A stretch of 62,405 bases of DNA from Polymyxa betae A26-41 (taxonomy: Eukaryota; Protista; Endomyxa: Phytomyxea): positions 1-62,405 of the forward strand of contig RBZT01000102.1 in the NCBI GenBank assembly GCA_003693705.1. The letters are read 5' to 3'. The notes beneath the pieces are model-generated. The model made no database searches and was not told where the DNA came from. It was given only the letters and a program-made list of their open reading frames with translations. Shown here piece by piece: positions 50,186-61,266 of the stretch; the stretch's first letter is position 1, and each line of letters opens with the position of its first letter. The position numbers were made by a program, and so were the translations under genes.

Positions 50186-52800
50186 TTACACAAGAGGGAC
50201 TATGACTACCTGTTGTATTTGATTCCTCATGTAAGTTATTGTATGCTGGATGATTCTCGTGATCCGGCAAGGCCAGCTACCAGATCCAGCAAAGACATCG
50301 TGACCAGAAACAGTAGTTTTGGAATTTTCTGAATAACATCCTTTCAAAGCAATTGCAGTGGGGTTCAATGCCACAGCCTCCGCAATCAATAACATGCTAT
50401 TTCGTGGCAAAAATGGATTCCCTTTGAAAACGTCACTATAATATTCGACTGCAGCTTTCCAGTACGTTAAGGTCTTTGAGATTCCCATCAGTTCGACTCG
50501 GTCCGTTTGCAATCCAGACATCCCTTAGTCCATTCGAAGTCATTTCATTGATGTCGTCGCAGACAGTTTCAAGAGCAACAACTTCAGAATCACTTGCTGC
50601 TTTGTTCAAATGATCTAAAGGGAGTTGCGGTTAAGACATGTAAACTGCTGTTACATTACCTGATCTTGAGATTGTTCCAGCAATATCTGGGCAGACAGGA
50701 GCTATCCAATGCCGACGATCGCATCGCAGGCAGTATACTTACTGCAGATTCCATTGGAATTTGAGGATTTTGGCAGCCGATTGAGACAACTATTGCTATC
50801 TAGCTGGACGGCATTGCCAATCCTAATCTCAGGCATTGCCAATCTTAATCTCAGGCATTGCCAATCTTAATCTCAGACAGTCTATGGTTCAAGTCCACAA
50901 CAACCTTTGGAGCAACAACTGCCAAAGGCTTGGCAAAGTATGCAGAAGCTTTGAAGTTGCGTCAGCCGCGAACATCATAAACAAACTATTTCTATATATC
51001 GGAAATTCATGGGCAGACCTGATCATCTGTTTTTTCCAGCAGCAAACTGATACTGTTATGGTTACCGATATTCTCATTATGGTATAGAGAAGAATTAGAC
51101 ACACCAATGGGAAAATGATGATAACTGCATGCAAACAAAAATTTTCAGTAACAATCAAACCGTTTTGTTGCAATGCCTGATCATACATCATCCAACAGTT
51201 CTGCCTCGAGTTAGCAACCCAAAGCCTATGGCAATTTTCAGCTGACGTCTTCTGCCCGCATATTCAGCAAGCATACTGTGAACTGCCAGGAATTAACTTG
51301 GAACTACCTGAAGGAAGCTCTTTCTTAGAATCCATTTAGTTCAATCAACCACCTTGCATATCACAGACATCCGGCAACAATCTACGTAAGATTAAACTTC
51401 TAAAAAATCTCTTCAAATTGTTTATTCAAAATCTTTATACAGATTGCTATGAAATTTCTGAGTGTTTTGAAACATTTCACATTCGGGAACTGCGCGGTTC
51501 CCCGGAAACTATTTTTACAGAAAGGAGCCAAGAACGCAACAGAATCTCCACTCGGAATTCTGTACGAATCTTTTCACAGCTTCTTACATGTAGAAAGTGG
51601 GTCACGGAACTTTAACCCGCTACAGTGGAGCCTGTTTGAACTTGTAACAATGAGGTTCTGTTCGCTGAGTTCATCTAGCATCTCGAAAAACTGATCGCCG
51701 TCATTGATTCTGCAAATACAGGATTGATGATTTCTTCGTTGGAAGGGAACTGCACCGTCTTTAGCTTGAGGGCCTACATTTCCGGGTCGTCAGCGGCAAG
51801 TGTTCGGAGCGGCAGGAGGCGCGGACATTGCCCACCAAAAGCCACAGTTTTTGCTTTGAGAGGCAATCAAGCCATTGGATGCAGGACGTTCAGATCCCAC
51901 CTGACGGCAAAATTCTTCTGTGCACCTGATTGTTGAGGGTCTCTGTCCTCCCAGCCGTTGTAAAGCGCGTTGGCATCGCTCGAAATTTCCGGATGATTCA
52001 GCGCCTCCTGGAACATGACACTCCTCAGGGAATGTGAAGTCAAGTTTGGATTTACATAACCGTCCGTGTTATTCATCCTGCCCAGCAATTTTTTGAGTTA
52101 CCGATTTAGAAATTGCGACCACGATGGTCTGTGCCGAATCAATCACGATCAGCATCCGGTCTGCTGCTCGAAGCGATGGGAGTTTGTTCATATTGATGAT
52201 GGCAGTAGGTGGACCGACCGTCACGGACACGTCTGCTATCCGAAGAAACGGCAGGGCATCGCTAGTGCAAAACTTCTCAGTCTGCTGATAAATTTAGTTT
52301 TGTTTGCTCAAAGTTGCACGTTGTACCTTCGATTCTGGAATAAATGGACAACAGACCATCAAATAGCGAAAATATATATGTAGGGGATCCATAATCCAAT
52401 CATTAACATTGCACGCCATCGGAAGAATTTGTGTGCGAGGACGCTTTCTTTCTCCAGAATGTGGTATAGATCAGTCCTATAATACGATATGATTGAAAAC
52501 GATCCTGAAACCTCAAATTGATAGTGATGCATTATCCAATATTAAGGTTTCAGAAAGATGCCTTGCGGATATGTGTTCGATTGTAGTTACCTGACTTGCG
52601 ATCAATGCATGGCGATTCGCGGTTGATCACATCCACACAAATGTCGCTGGCATGGCCGCCTTTCAATGTTTGAAATTGTTGCAATTTCCAGTTCTCCAGC
52701 TGTTAGAGCATTTTTGATGATAATCCGCGCCTCTTTCGAAAGAAGACGACATTGCCTGGCTAGATAAAGAGAGTCCTGCTCCTTGGCGGTTGTGATTGTT
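50186..52800 (-). pseudogene. CryptonS-like tyrosine recombinase remnant
   Basis: NPNLTSHSLRS..FQEALNHPEIS......GW (HxxR...W box of stramenopile-type Cryptons) at ~51950-52050. Flanks are heavily degraded and the extent is approximate. Confidence 0.55.
50810..50875. repeat. 22-bp tandem repeat x3
   Basis: GGCATTGCCAATCYTAATCTCA three times. Confidence 0.95.
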
Positions 52801-53583
52801 TAGGTTTTTCGATTTTTTTCACACAGCGCGAGAAAGAGTCCCCAACATGCCCTGCAATTCCCCAGATTTAGATGCAAACTTCTGGGAAACAACATCTTCA
52901 AAGCCGATAAATCTGCATTCAATGCTATCAGCACCGATAAATTGTGAATACATTGCGGCGGATTGAAACTTTTCCTACTGGAAGTTTTTAAATTTTTGTT
53001 TGTTTACGAGCCAGAGCATGAGCTGGCCGATTTATTCCACTCCATGGTCTCCCATCGTCATATCCATTATGAGGTCGTCGATAGATTCAACACATCCAGT
53101 TGACCTAGAAACGAAAATCGATATATAAAATTCTTGCCAATATTCAAAGAGGGGAACATACCAATCCTCTGATACAAAGTTATTGAAATTTTACAGCTGA
53201 AAATTGGGATGTAGATGATGGTTTCTGCTGTTTATAGATCGGGACAACAGGCTGAGGCTGAACGACTGTGGTCATATCCGATGTCTCCCGCTAAATGTGG
53301 TCAATTCTGTACAAGGCACATCACGTTCAATGGAATCCCTAACCTGACGTTTGATTCGAGACGATCGACGCTCCATTTCTCACCTTTCATGGCGGTCGGT
53401 TCGATTCTATCGGTGAAATGGCTGTGAAAATCAACCAGATGGAAATGATCACCGTGAAAGTCCCGCGGACGAACGTTCTCGACTGGAGAGGGTGGCGTCT
53501 CCAGTTGACTGTTAGGGAAATGCATCGCAAACGGAAAGGGCTGCGTCTCCCGCACTCTACTAGGAAGTTGTTTGAGGGCAGTC

Positions 53584-55250
53584 TATGACTGCTTCAGTTC
53601 GAACTACAGTTCGAATAGGGTTCGATCAATTATATATTAATCCAAAAAATTTTATAGTGCTCTACAGCCAAGTTGTTATGAATCAACGTACAATAAACTA
53701 AGAATATAAGAGCAATAGCAATAACAATAGCGTTAGAGTATGAGGAACAAGACGAAGACAGGAAGAAAGGAAGCAAGAACTACGACGAAGGAGAACAGAA
53801 TTGTTGATCCAAAAACGACCTTGATCGAACTGAGTTATCCTCAGCCGACCATGCAACGATACTTTAGTTCGAATGCAGTTACAGAAACAAGAAACTACCC
53901 AGGCTGCGCCGGCCGTATCATGACATTATAATCTCCTCCATAAGCGGCCCAGGTTTTTCCGGATAAGTCTTGTGGAAATCGTCGATTGTAGATTTACGCG
54001 ATGGAGTCGCAGAAAGTAGAAACTGTTTCGAAGGTTCCCATGTTCTGTCGCATTCAGCATGGCCTTTTCAGTGAACTAGGTATTGCAGTTGTCGGCGATA
54101 GATTCGTGAATTATCGTCATCGAGCAAGATGGGGGGCAAGTTTGGACGATCTCTGCTATCAATGGAATTCTCAACGTATGGCTGTTGTAGTAGCGACACG
54201 TGAAATATTGGATGAATCCTTAATCCCTCGGGAAGCAATAACTCAAACGTCACTGGGTTAATTTGCTGTTTGATTTGAAAGGTCCAATTTTTCGTTCGCT
54301 AAGCTTCTCGCATGGACCCTTTGATTTGATCCCACCCGGAACTAGCCAAACGTTATCACCGATTAGATAATCTGGAGACTGCTGACGATGCCTGTCGGCA
54401 TAGGATTTCATCGTTCGGATAGCACGCTGAAGGTTCCGTCTCAAAAGGGAATGGGGTTTTGGAGAGATTATCTAAATAGGAAACTACGCTTGGATTGCAT
54501 CATGTTGGAGCATGGTTTAGATCAAAACGCGGATGGAAACCACAATTTGAATAGAAGGCACTGAATCCAGATGAAGAATGTGTAGCATTATATGCAAACT
54601 CTGCCATCGGTAGTTAATGACTCGAGCTGGTTTGCGAGACATCAATGAAACATCACAAATATTGCTCTACAATCTGATTCACACGCTCGGTTTGGCTGTC
54701 AGATTCTGGATGTCGGGCAATTCATGGATAGCACCAGGTGTAATGATTGCGAATATTAGAACCTGGGCAGCAAGAATTCTCTCGATCAGAAAATCCTCTC
54801 CATTTCACCAAGTACTCAATATCAGTAATGGTTGAATTTAAGCGAGCATCGCATATCTTCTCAAATGGTCTGTGTGACGTCTCATATTTTAACTGGTTCA
54901 AGATATAATGGGTGACATTTAAATGTTTATCTCATTAAAAGTGGATTCGATCACCATGAGTTTGTTGTTGTTCTCCAGAAAGAAGATTCTCATCTGTAAA
55001 AATATAGGATCGTTGAACATCAGTTATTCGATATGGCCCGTGCCAAATTAACTCAACTTTACCAATGTTTATTTTCAGGCATAGCTACCAAAACATAATC
55101 GCCAATATCAAAATTCGGCAATGCTCGGTGCACATGACAGACGATCCCAAGCTAATGAAACTCTATCAAAGACTATGCGATTGATCATTTCTTCCAGCTG
55201 ATCTATCTAAAAATATTTCACTTCTTCGATCTGTCCCACCGCCTTCCAAT
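53584..55250 (-). mobile_element. Chromovirus (Tf2-like Gypsy) 3' fragment: integrase, chromodomain, PPT, 3' LTR (~53584-53925)
   Basis: MKSYADRHR..P.Y.IGD.VWL; KLSERKIGPF; LPEGLRIHPIFHVSLL; chromodomain QYLVH.KG.....TWEP; PPT GGAGGAG before TGTCATGA. Confidence 0.85.
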
Positions 55251-55879
55251 TCAAAATTCTATTACCCAATCCCTATTCCCTAAAAACTACCCCTAATTCT
55301 GCCCTACTACCACAACAGCCAAAGGTCGCAATTGATTACATTTGTAAAAAAATTCAACAATCATCCTTTCGCCAAAAGATTCAATATCGAAGTATTTATT
55401 GCCTATAGAAAAAATTCCAATATTCTCAACTTATGCTCCGGATCCAGCATCACACCCGATCAGATTCGCTACATCGACTCTAACACTGTACCCGCTGCAA
55501 GAACTGTACCCGATCCTATCAGATCCCACCAGCCACAGCCCCTACCTATCCTAACCGCTTTAGATCGTCCTAATAAATCATTCTTTATCTCGTCCGCATA
55601 AGCCTCTGACGACCTAATAAAAGCCATAATAAAAGCCAATTAGACCATAGGCAACCGCGTTCGAGGACGAATTGGCCATCCAGCTCCAGCTACCGATTCA
55701 GAAACGACGACGAATCTAGGATCACAGGTCTGGATAACTCGAGACATTCAATACCTCGTTTATTTGCTCTAACGGGCCCAATCTGCGACAACTACCCCTT
55801 TCCACCACCCTACCCCTAACCCTAACTAGTCACGATGTGATTGTCGCTCAGTCTCAGACACAGACAAAATTCGTTTGAG

Positions 55880-57140
55880 CATCTAGTGAAGACTGTTTTG
55901 AAGTTGTTCAATATGAGACACAATCAGCTCTGACTGAAGTTCTATAGAACTTATAGCGAACGATTGAGGATTATAGAAAATGGAATCCAAGGGATCGTCA
56001 GCAGGTAATCCTGTCAGGACAGTAATGGGCGCATGGCCAGCGAAATGACGCTGTGGTCTATGATTGATAGCATGTTCTACCAGTTTCACAAACCAAGGCC
56101 GCTCTACCTTATCAGAACATTGTTCCGAAATCATACAACGTAATTATTTTATAATATTACGATTAAAAATCTCTATTGCTCCATTAGAGTAATGAGCATT
56201 GCAGCAACAAAAAGTTGTTCTGCTCCATGCTTTTTTCAGAAAGATTCCATGGTCTCAGCCATAAAATATGACTGCCTGATCTGAGAATCAGATTTTGGAT
56301 TTCCCAAAAGGCGCACGACATTGTAATAAAGCTTCTACAGTATTTGCTGTATTAGGTACAATGACAGGTCCGAGCATGATCAATCCAGAAAAAAATCGTC
56401 TCGGATTACAAAATCCATTGATAATTCAAAGAACATTTTAATTTAGTAGCAATATTTAAATAATCAAAGTGCAAAACCTCATTAGGTTTCATTCCATGAC
56501 ATGCCGATCCAAGAGGAGGAATACGAAATCCTTTTCTCGTTGGAAGGCAATGTAAACAAGAGGAGCAGACATCTTTAATGTCTTGCTTCATACCGACCCA
56601 GTATACCCAGTTTGGTAACATTGCAAGTGCATTCTTAAAAGAAAGTTGACCACAAAGACAGCCGGCATGAAACTATGATGCATAGGGGTCGCTTCAGGTT
56701 AATACTCTGTACTAGTATAAGTATTCGATTGTGTGTCAGCCAATAATCCATCTGTTTTTTAACAAAATTGCTATCAATACCATGGAGACTTTGTTCAGTT
56801 ATTATTTCAGACGGGTCTGGCCAGACTAATTTTTGCAAGGTTGAACACGAACAGTTGAGGTTACCAACTCTGTCTGGTCGGTGTCAAAAGAATCGTTTGA
56901 TTCTCTCAATGCTCGAATGTGAGCAACATGTTCCGTATCTAGAGTGCATGTACCCCATCGAGACAGGAAGTCTGTCCAGTGATTATCTTCATCAGGGATA
57001 TGATGTATGATATATCTATAATCACGTAATTCAAAGCCCCAACGAACCAAGCGTTCAGCTGACTGTTTAGTACATTCAAAGGACTATACAAAGCGATCAA
57101 ATTCCGATGATTTGTGTATAGATGAAATGGGACGGGCATG
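55880..57140 (-). pseudogene. Gypsy RNase H-integrase fragment (third family)
   Basis: YTNHRNL; RWGFEL..Y.Y.IHHIP..DNHW.DFLSRWG; YWVGMKQDI...C..CLHC; PNEVLHFDYL; VEHAINHRP. Confidence 0.85.
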
Positions 57141-57478
57141 TGTAATAATTTTAGGTATCCGGACGAGAGAGCGAACCACAAGTTAGGCGAACGAGGAAAA
57201 GATACTGCTATTGACGGCCACGAAGGTAATATATGACAAGACACCCCTATGAAATTTCTGCGGCTAGGTCCGTGGCGTAGTCCGGACCCCAGCCGCCAAG
57301 AGGGAGGGAGATCAAGCTCTCCCGACCTCTGGACTCTCACTCTTCTAGGCAAATCAATAAAACGCAGAATATATGAGCAGGGCACTAATGAAACATAACA
57401 TGAAGCGAAGAAGTCCGCCACGGACCTAGAATCGGAAGAGACACGAGAGAGGGAGACCAGACCCATCACACTGCTACC

Positions 57479-58675
57479 ATGAGTATAAAGAAGAGAACGC
57501 TTCCTTTCCACCTATCCAAGGAAGGGGCCAAGGCCCTAAAGAAGGCGAAGTCTATCCAGATCCGAGACACCGAGCGTGATCCAAACTACAGGAAGGACAA
57601 GTCCCTCAAGACGAACGAACTATCAAAGATTGGCAAACGGTACCTGAAGGTCCTCACGGATCGTAATGTCCTGGGAGACTCTGTCCTAGCCCACGAGAAC
57701 CCAGAATTGGTGGAAGAGGCCAGACGAGAATTGGCTCAATCTGTCGCAACCAATTCCCTGAATGCATACACTTCCGCATGGAAGAATTTTACCAAATGGT
57801 GCGAGCGTTACGGGGTGGACTACGCTAAGCCGTCGGAATCCGACCTCGTTCTGTATGTCTTCGACCAAGGCCGAAAACCCAAGGATCAGGGAGTCTTGAG
57901 CTATCCAACACTGAAGAACTTCCTTTATGGCATCAGCCACTATCTGACCGCTGGATCAAAGCCGCTCAGTTTGTTGGAAGAGATGCCATTACTAGACGCA
58001 ATGATGCGCCGACTCCACATCATAGACAGAGCCCAACAAGCCGACACGCGACGTCCTATTTTCTTATGGATGCTAATTAAGATGAAGAGATCCGGCATCA
58101 TCAGGACCACCCTCGTTATGACAATGCTATGGATCGCGCTACTTGGACGCGAAGGACTGTACCGACTCGGGGAGCTCTCTGCCGACAACCACTCTTCCTC
58201 CACATACCCGACGCTCGGACAATGGACATACACACTCAGCGAAGGGACGGCGTCCCTTACCCTCCTCGAAGGTAAGACCAACACATGGCGACAGGCCATC
58301 AAAGTCATCCATCCCATTGAAGACACCGAAGCCTGTGCCGCAACGGCCCTTCAGAACCTGATTATCGAACGAGCCAACTGCAAGGCTACCGACCCACTAT
58401 TCTCGGACGCACAGAACCGACCCATCACCCGAAAGGCGTTCACCACATGGCTAAACAAAGCATTGAAGAGTATCGGAATCTCAGACGGACGATACAAGGG
58501 CCACAGCCTACGAATCGGTGGAGCCACCGAACTTAGTGAAATAAAGGTCCCTGACCACTTGATCCAAGCGATGGGCAGATGGCGCACATCATGCTATACC
58601 CGCTACCGCCGAACAGACAGAACCCAGATTCTGCAGGCAATTAAAGCAACCTACCGCAAGACGGAATGCAACTGA
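57479..58675 (+). CDS. Tyrosine recombinase of a DIRS/Ngaro-type retrotransposon (intact 398-aa ORF)
   Basis: SAM-like N-domain (AY.SAWKNF.KWC; SYPTLKNFLYGI.HY), catalytic R (LYRLGEL), K (GKTN), HSLRIGGAT and GRWRTSCY.RY. Confidence 0.9.
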   Translation: MSIKKRTLPFHLSKEGAKALKKAKSIQIRDTERDPNYRKDKSLKTNELSKIGKRYLKVLTDRNVLGDSVLAHENPELVEEARRELAQSVATNSLNAYTSAWKNFTKWCERYGVDYAKPSESDLVLYVFDQGRKPKDQGVLSYPTLKNFLYGISHYLTAGSKPLSLLEEMPLLDAMMRRLHIIDRAQQADTRRPIFLWMLIKMKRSGIIRTTLVMTMLWIALLGREGLYRLGELSADNHSSSTYPTLGQWTYTLSEGTASLTLLEGKTNTWRQAIKVIHPIEDTEACAATALQNLIIERANCKATDPLFSDAQNRPITRKAFTTWLNKALKSIGISDGRYKGHSLRIGGATELSEIKVPDHLIQAMGRWRTSCYTRYRRTDRTQILQAIKATYRKTECN

Positions 58676-59094
58676 CAATAAAAGATTTCGGCAATGAGCA
58701 GAACATTAATGAACCGACTCAGATTCGAACAGAACCCAGTTTATGATGAGAAACCAATCATAGAGACAGAGCAGACATAAATGTTGTCGAGTTGAAACAG
58801 CTGAGCCAACGAGCGGGCGGGCAGAAAGGCCATGAAGGTTGGAGGGGAAAGGGCTGAGAAGATTCTCGAAACGAACGAGATCTTCGGCCCTTCCGGCCTT
58901 TCCACCCAACCGAAGTGAGACATCAATTATGATAACTTTTAAGGGTTGCTTCAAAAGTAAAGGCGTCTGTATCAATGGTCGCCCAGTTCAGCTCAGAGCC
59001 ATTGAACCGGTGTCCAACAAAGCCTAAAGGTTGATGCCTTTGTTCATGAATCGATTTATTTAAATCTTCTATTGGAATTTGAGTAAGAGACTGG

Positions 59095-61060
59095 TTCAAG
59101 TAGGAAAATTGCGGAAAAAAATTGCGGGAATAGAAATTCCAGTTAAAAAGTAGCAGCCTCCGGAAATGGCGGCACCGCGGTTTCGTGATAGCGGAGCCTC
59201 CATTTCCGGGGCTGCGCGCTGTTTCTCTGCTGCCGTCTTGGCGTCTCTGGGTTGGCAGTTTCGAGCGACCATGTCCTCATCATGTTCCAGCTGAGCCAGC
59301 GGAAGCTTCCACACCTGTCTGCAGCACTCCTTTTACCAAGCGCCGTGGGAGGAAGCCGAAATCCCAAACCGGGAGCAATATCCGTAGGTCCACGTCGTGA
59401 TCATAGGGGATTGGCTGGCCATGGAGGATGAGACCGGAGAGTGCAGTAGCATGGGATCGCGGCCCAGTGACAGAGCACTTGGCAGTGTTGTAACGGAATC
59501 CGCGGCGTGTCGCGCATTGTTCGCATTCTGCGAGTTGGAGTTGAAACCTGCGGATACAGAACGCTTGGGCGTTGCCCAGCAGAGTATTGTCCTCGGCATA
59601 GGCGACGAATGAGGTGGCAGTGCCGCAAAGTGCTGTTGATCCGTCCCGGAATTCTACAATCCGCCGTAGTAGGGGGTCGATGAACAGGTTGAACAGGAGA
59701 GTTGAGAGGACAGCGCCCTGGAGGATGCCAACCTTGAGTTCGATGGGGTCTAAGTACATGTCGCGGAGGCGGATGATGGCAGATGTCTTTTCGAAGAGAG
59801 ATATGAGGACTTGTACCATTTTAGGAGCGAGACCGGACAGTAACAGGTCAGACCAGAGGAAGGAGCGATGAACCGAATCGTAAGCTTTTTGGATGTCGAG
59901 GAGGACAGCTGCCGGTGGTGAGTTGGCGCGTTTAGTCACGTGTAGGGTCTCGGCGGCGATAGCTGCGGCGTCGGCTGCCCCGACATTGGCTTGCAATCCG
60001 CATTGTAGTGGGTGGCATATGAGGGCATGGTCTTTGAGGAGGTAGTTGCGGAGGATCTTCTCATATAACTTCCTTGGATGCGATATCAGCGCGATCGGTT
60101 GGTAGTTTGCGGGATCGCTTTTGGCTCCTTTCTTGTGGATTAAAGTAGTTTGTGCTGTGCGCCAAATTGTAGGTGTTATTGAATGTTCAAAGCATGCTGA
60201 GAACAGCGACTTCAGCATGAGTGCGGAATCGCGTGGTGCGCATGCGAAGAGGGATAGCGGGAGTTGGTCGAGTCCGAGCGATTTACCTTTAGGGCATTTC
60301 TCGATCACGTCGACCAGTTGGAGCTCAGCAGCGGCTTGATTGAAGGGGTTCGGAGTAGAGTAGTAGTCCTTGGAGTGCTGAAGCGATGAGCTGGTCCGTC
60401 GCCGGGATGGGATCTGTAGGACGGTGGAGTCCGGAGTAGATCGAGGTGTAGAAGTCCAGGAATCCGTCCGGTGTTGGTTCTTCATCTGCATTAGATGTAG
60501 GCCTGGAGAGCTGCGTGAGCTTTTGCCGCGTCGCAATGGCAATGACGACATCATGAAGTTCCTTGACGAAAATCGGGAGGAACAGAAGAAAATGCGAGGA
60601 AGCGAAGTTGCAGTTTATGCAGAGGTTCATGTCTAATCAGTTAAGATGGCTGGTTATGATTTCCAGAGATAATCTAGAATAGAGTCCCGCTTGCGTTTTA
60701 CAGCCTCCCCTGGTATTGCTTGTGCTTCTTCTATCTCCCCCCTGCCTTGCCTTGCGTCGGATGTTATCAACGTCAAGTTCGTCATTGTCATTTAGATGAA
60801 TGAACATATTGTGCAAAATGAAGCAGGCTCGAATCTCTCGCGACATCTGTTTCACTGCAACCTTTTTCGGTCTGTTGTTGCATTTTTTCGTTGTTAATAT
60901 TGCCTTTCTGATTGAGAACGGATTTGAAGATGCGAAATCGGTTCTTTAATCTTCCAAGGGTAATTTCAACAGTCATGCTGGTTTGAGAATGCAGATGATT
61001 ATAGTTTGTTTCCTTTCTGGTCATACCATCGTGTATCTCGTATGGAATCATACAGTGGCG
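59095..61060. mobile_element. Harbinger remnant: split accessory gene (+) and transposase C-terminus (-, 60637-61060)
   Basis: MIPYE......NYNHLHSQT..TVEIT.GRLKNRFRIF; ACFILHNMFI. Accessory fragments flank the LINE piece (..TKRRGRK / DDIMKFLDENREEQ). Confidence 0.7.
59355..60535 (-). mobile_element. Non-LTR (LINE) reverse transcriptase fragment
   Basis: KS.GLD; LIHKKG..SDPANYQPIALI; LLDIQKAYDSV; GILQGAVLS.LLFNLFID; AYAED (degenerate YADD); YNTAKC. Confidence 0.9.
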
Positions 61061-61266
61061 TCTAGCTAAATCCAGCGGAGCGCCGAGCGTACAAATTCCA
61101 AAAATGTAAAAATATAAACTGCGCTCTGCGAGTGAGACTTACTGTATGGGTTACGTCTTCTCTTAGGTTTCTGACAGCTAACAAAAGAATCCCTTCTCTC
61201 GCGACTGCTGCTCCTTGCTTTCGTCGTTCGCTCTCTCCACGCTTGTTTTCTTCATATCCGCCTATC

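Noticed and set aside
50836-51087. ASAANI resembling a TnpB/Fanzor RuvC-III motif
   Set aside because: No catalytic Asp, zinc finger or other RuvC motifs. It lies antisense to the Crypton-like remnant.
53330-53583. VREMHRKRKGL resembling an EF-2 C-terminus
   Set aside because: The match is too short, with no upstream EF-2 domains recognisable.
55260-55830. CCCTAA-like runs as a true telomere or interstitial array
   Set aside because: Short and degenerate, embedded in retroelement debris.
58740-58875. Hammerhead ribozyme-like words (ATGATGAGAAAC; CTGAGAA...CGAAAC) after the recombinase
   Set aside because: Neither has an intact CUGANGA core with stem II and a GAAA/UH arrangement on either strand.
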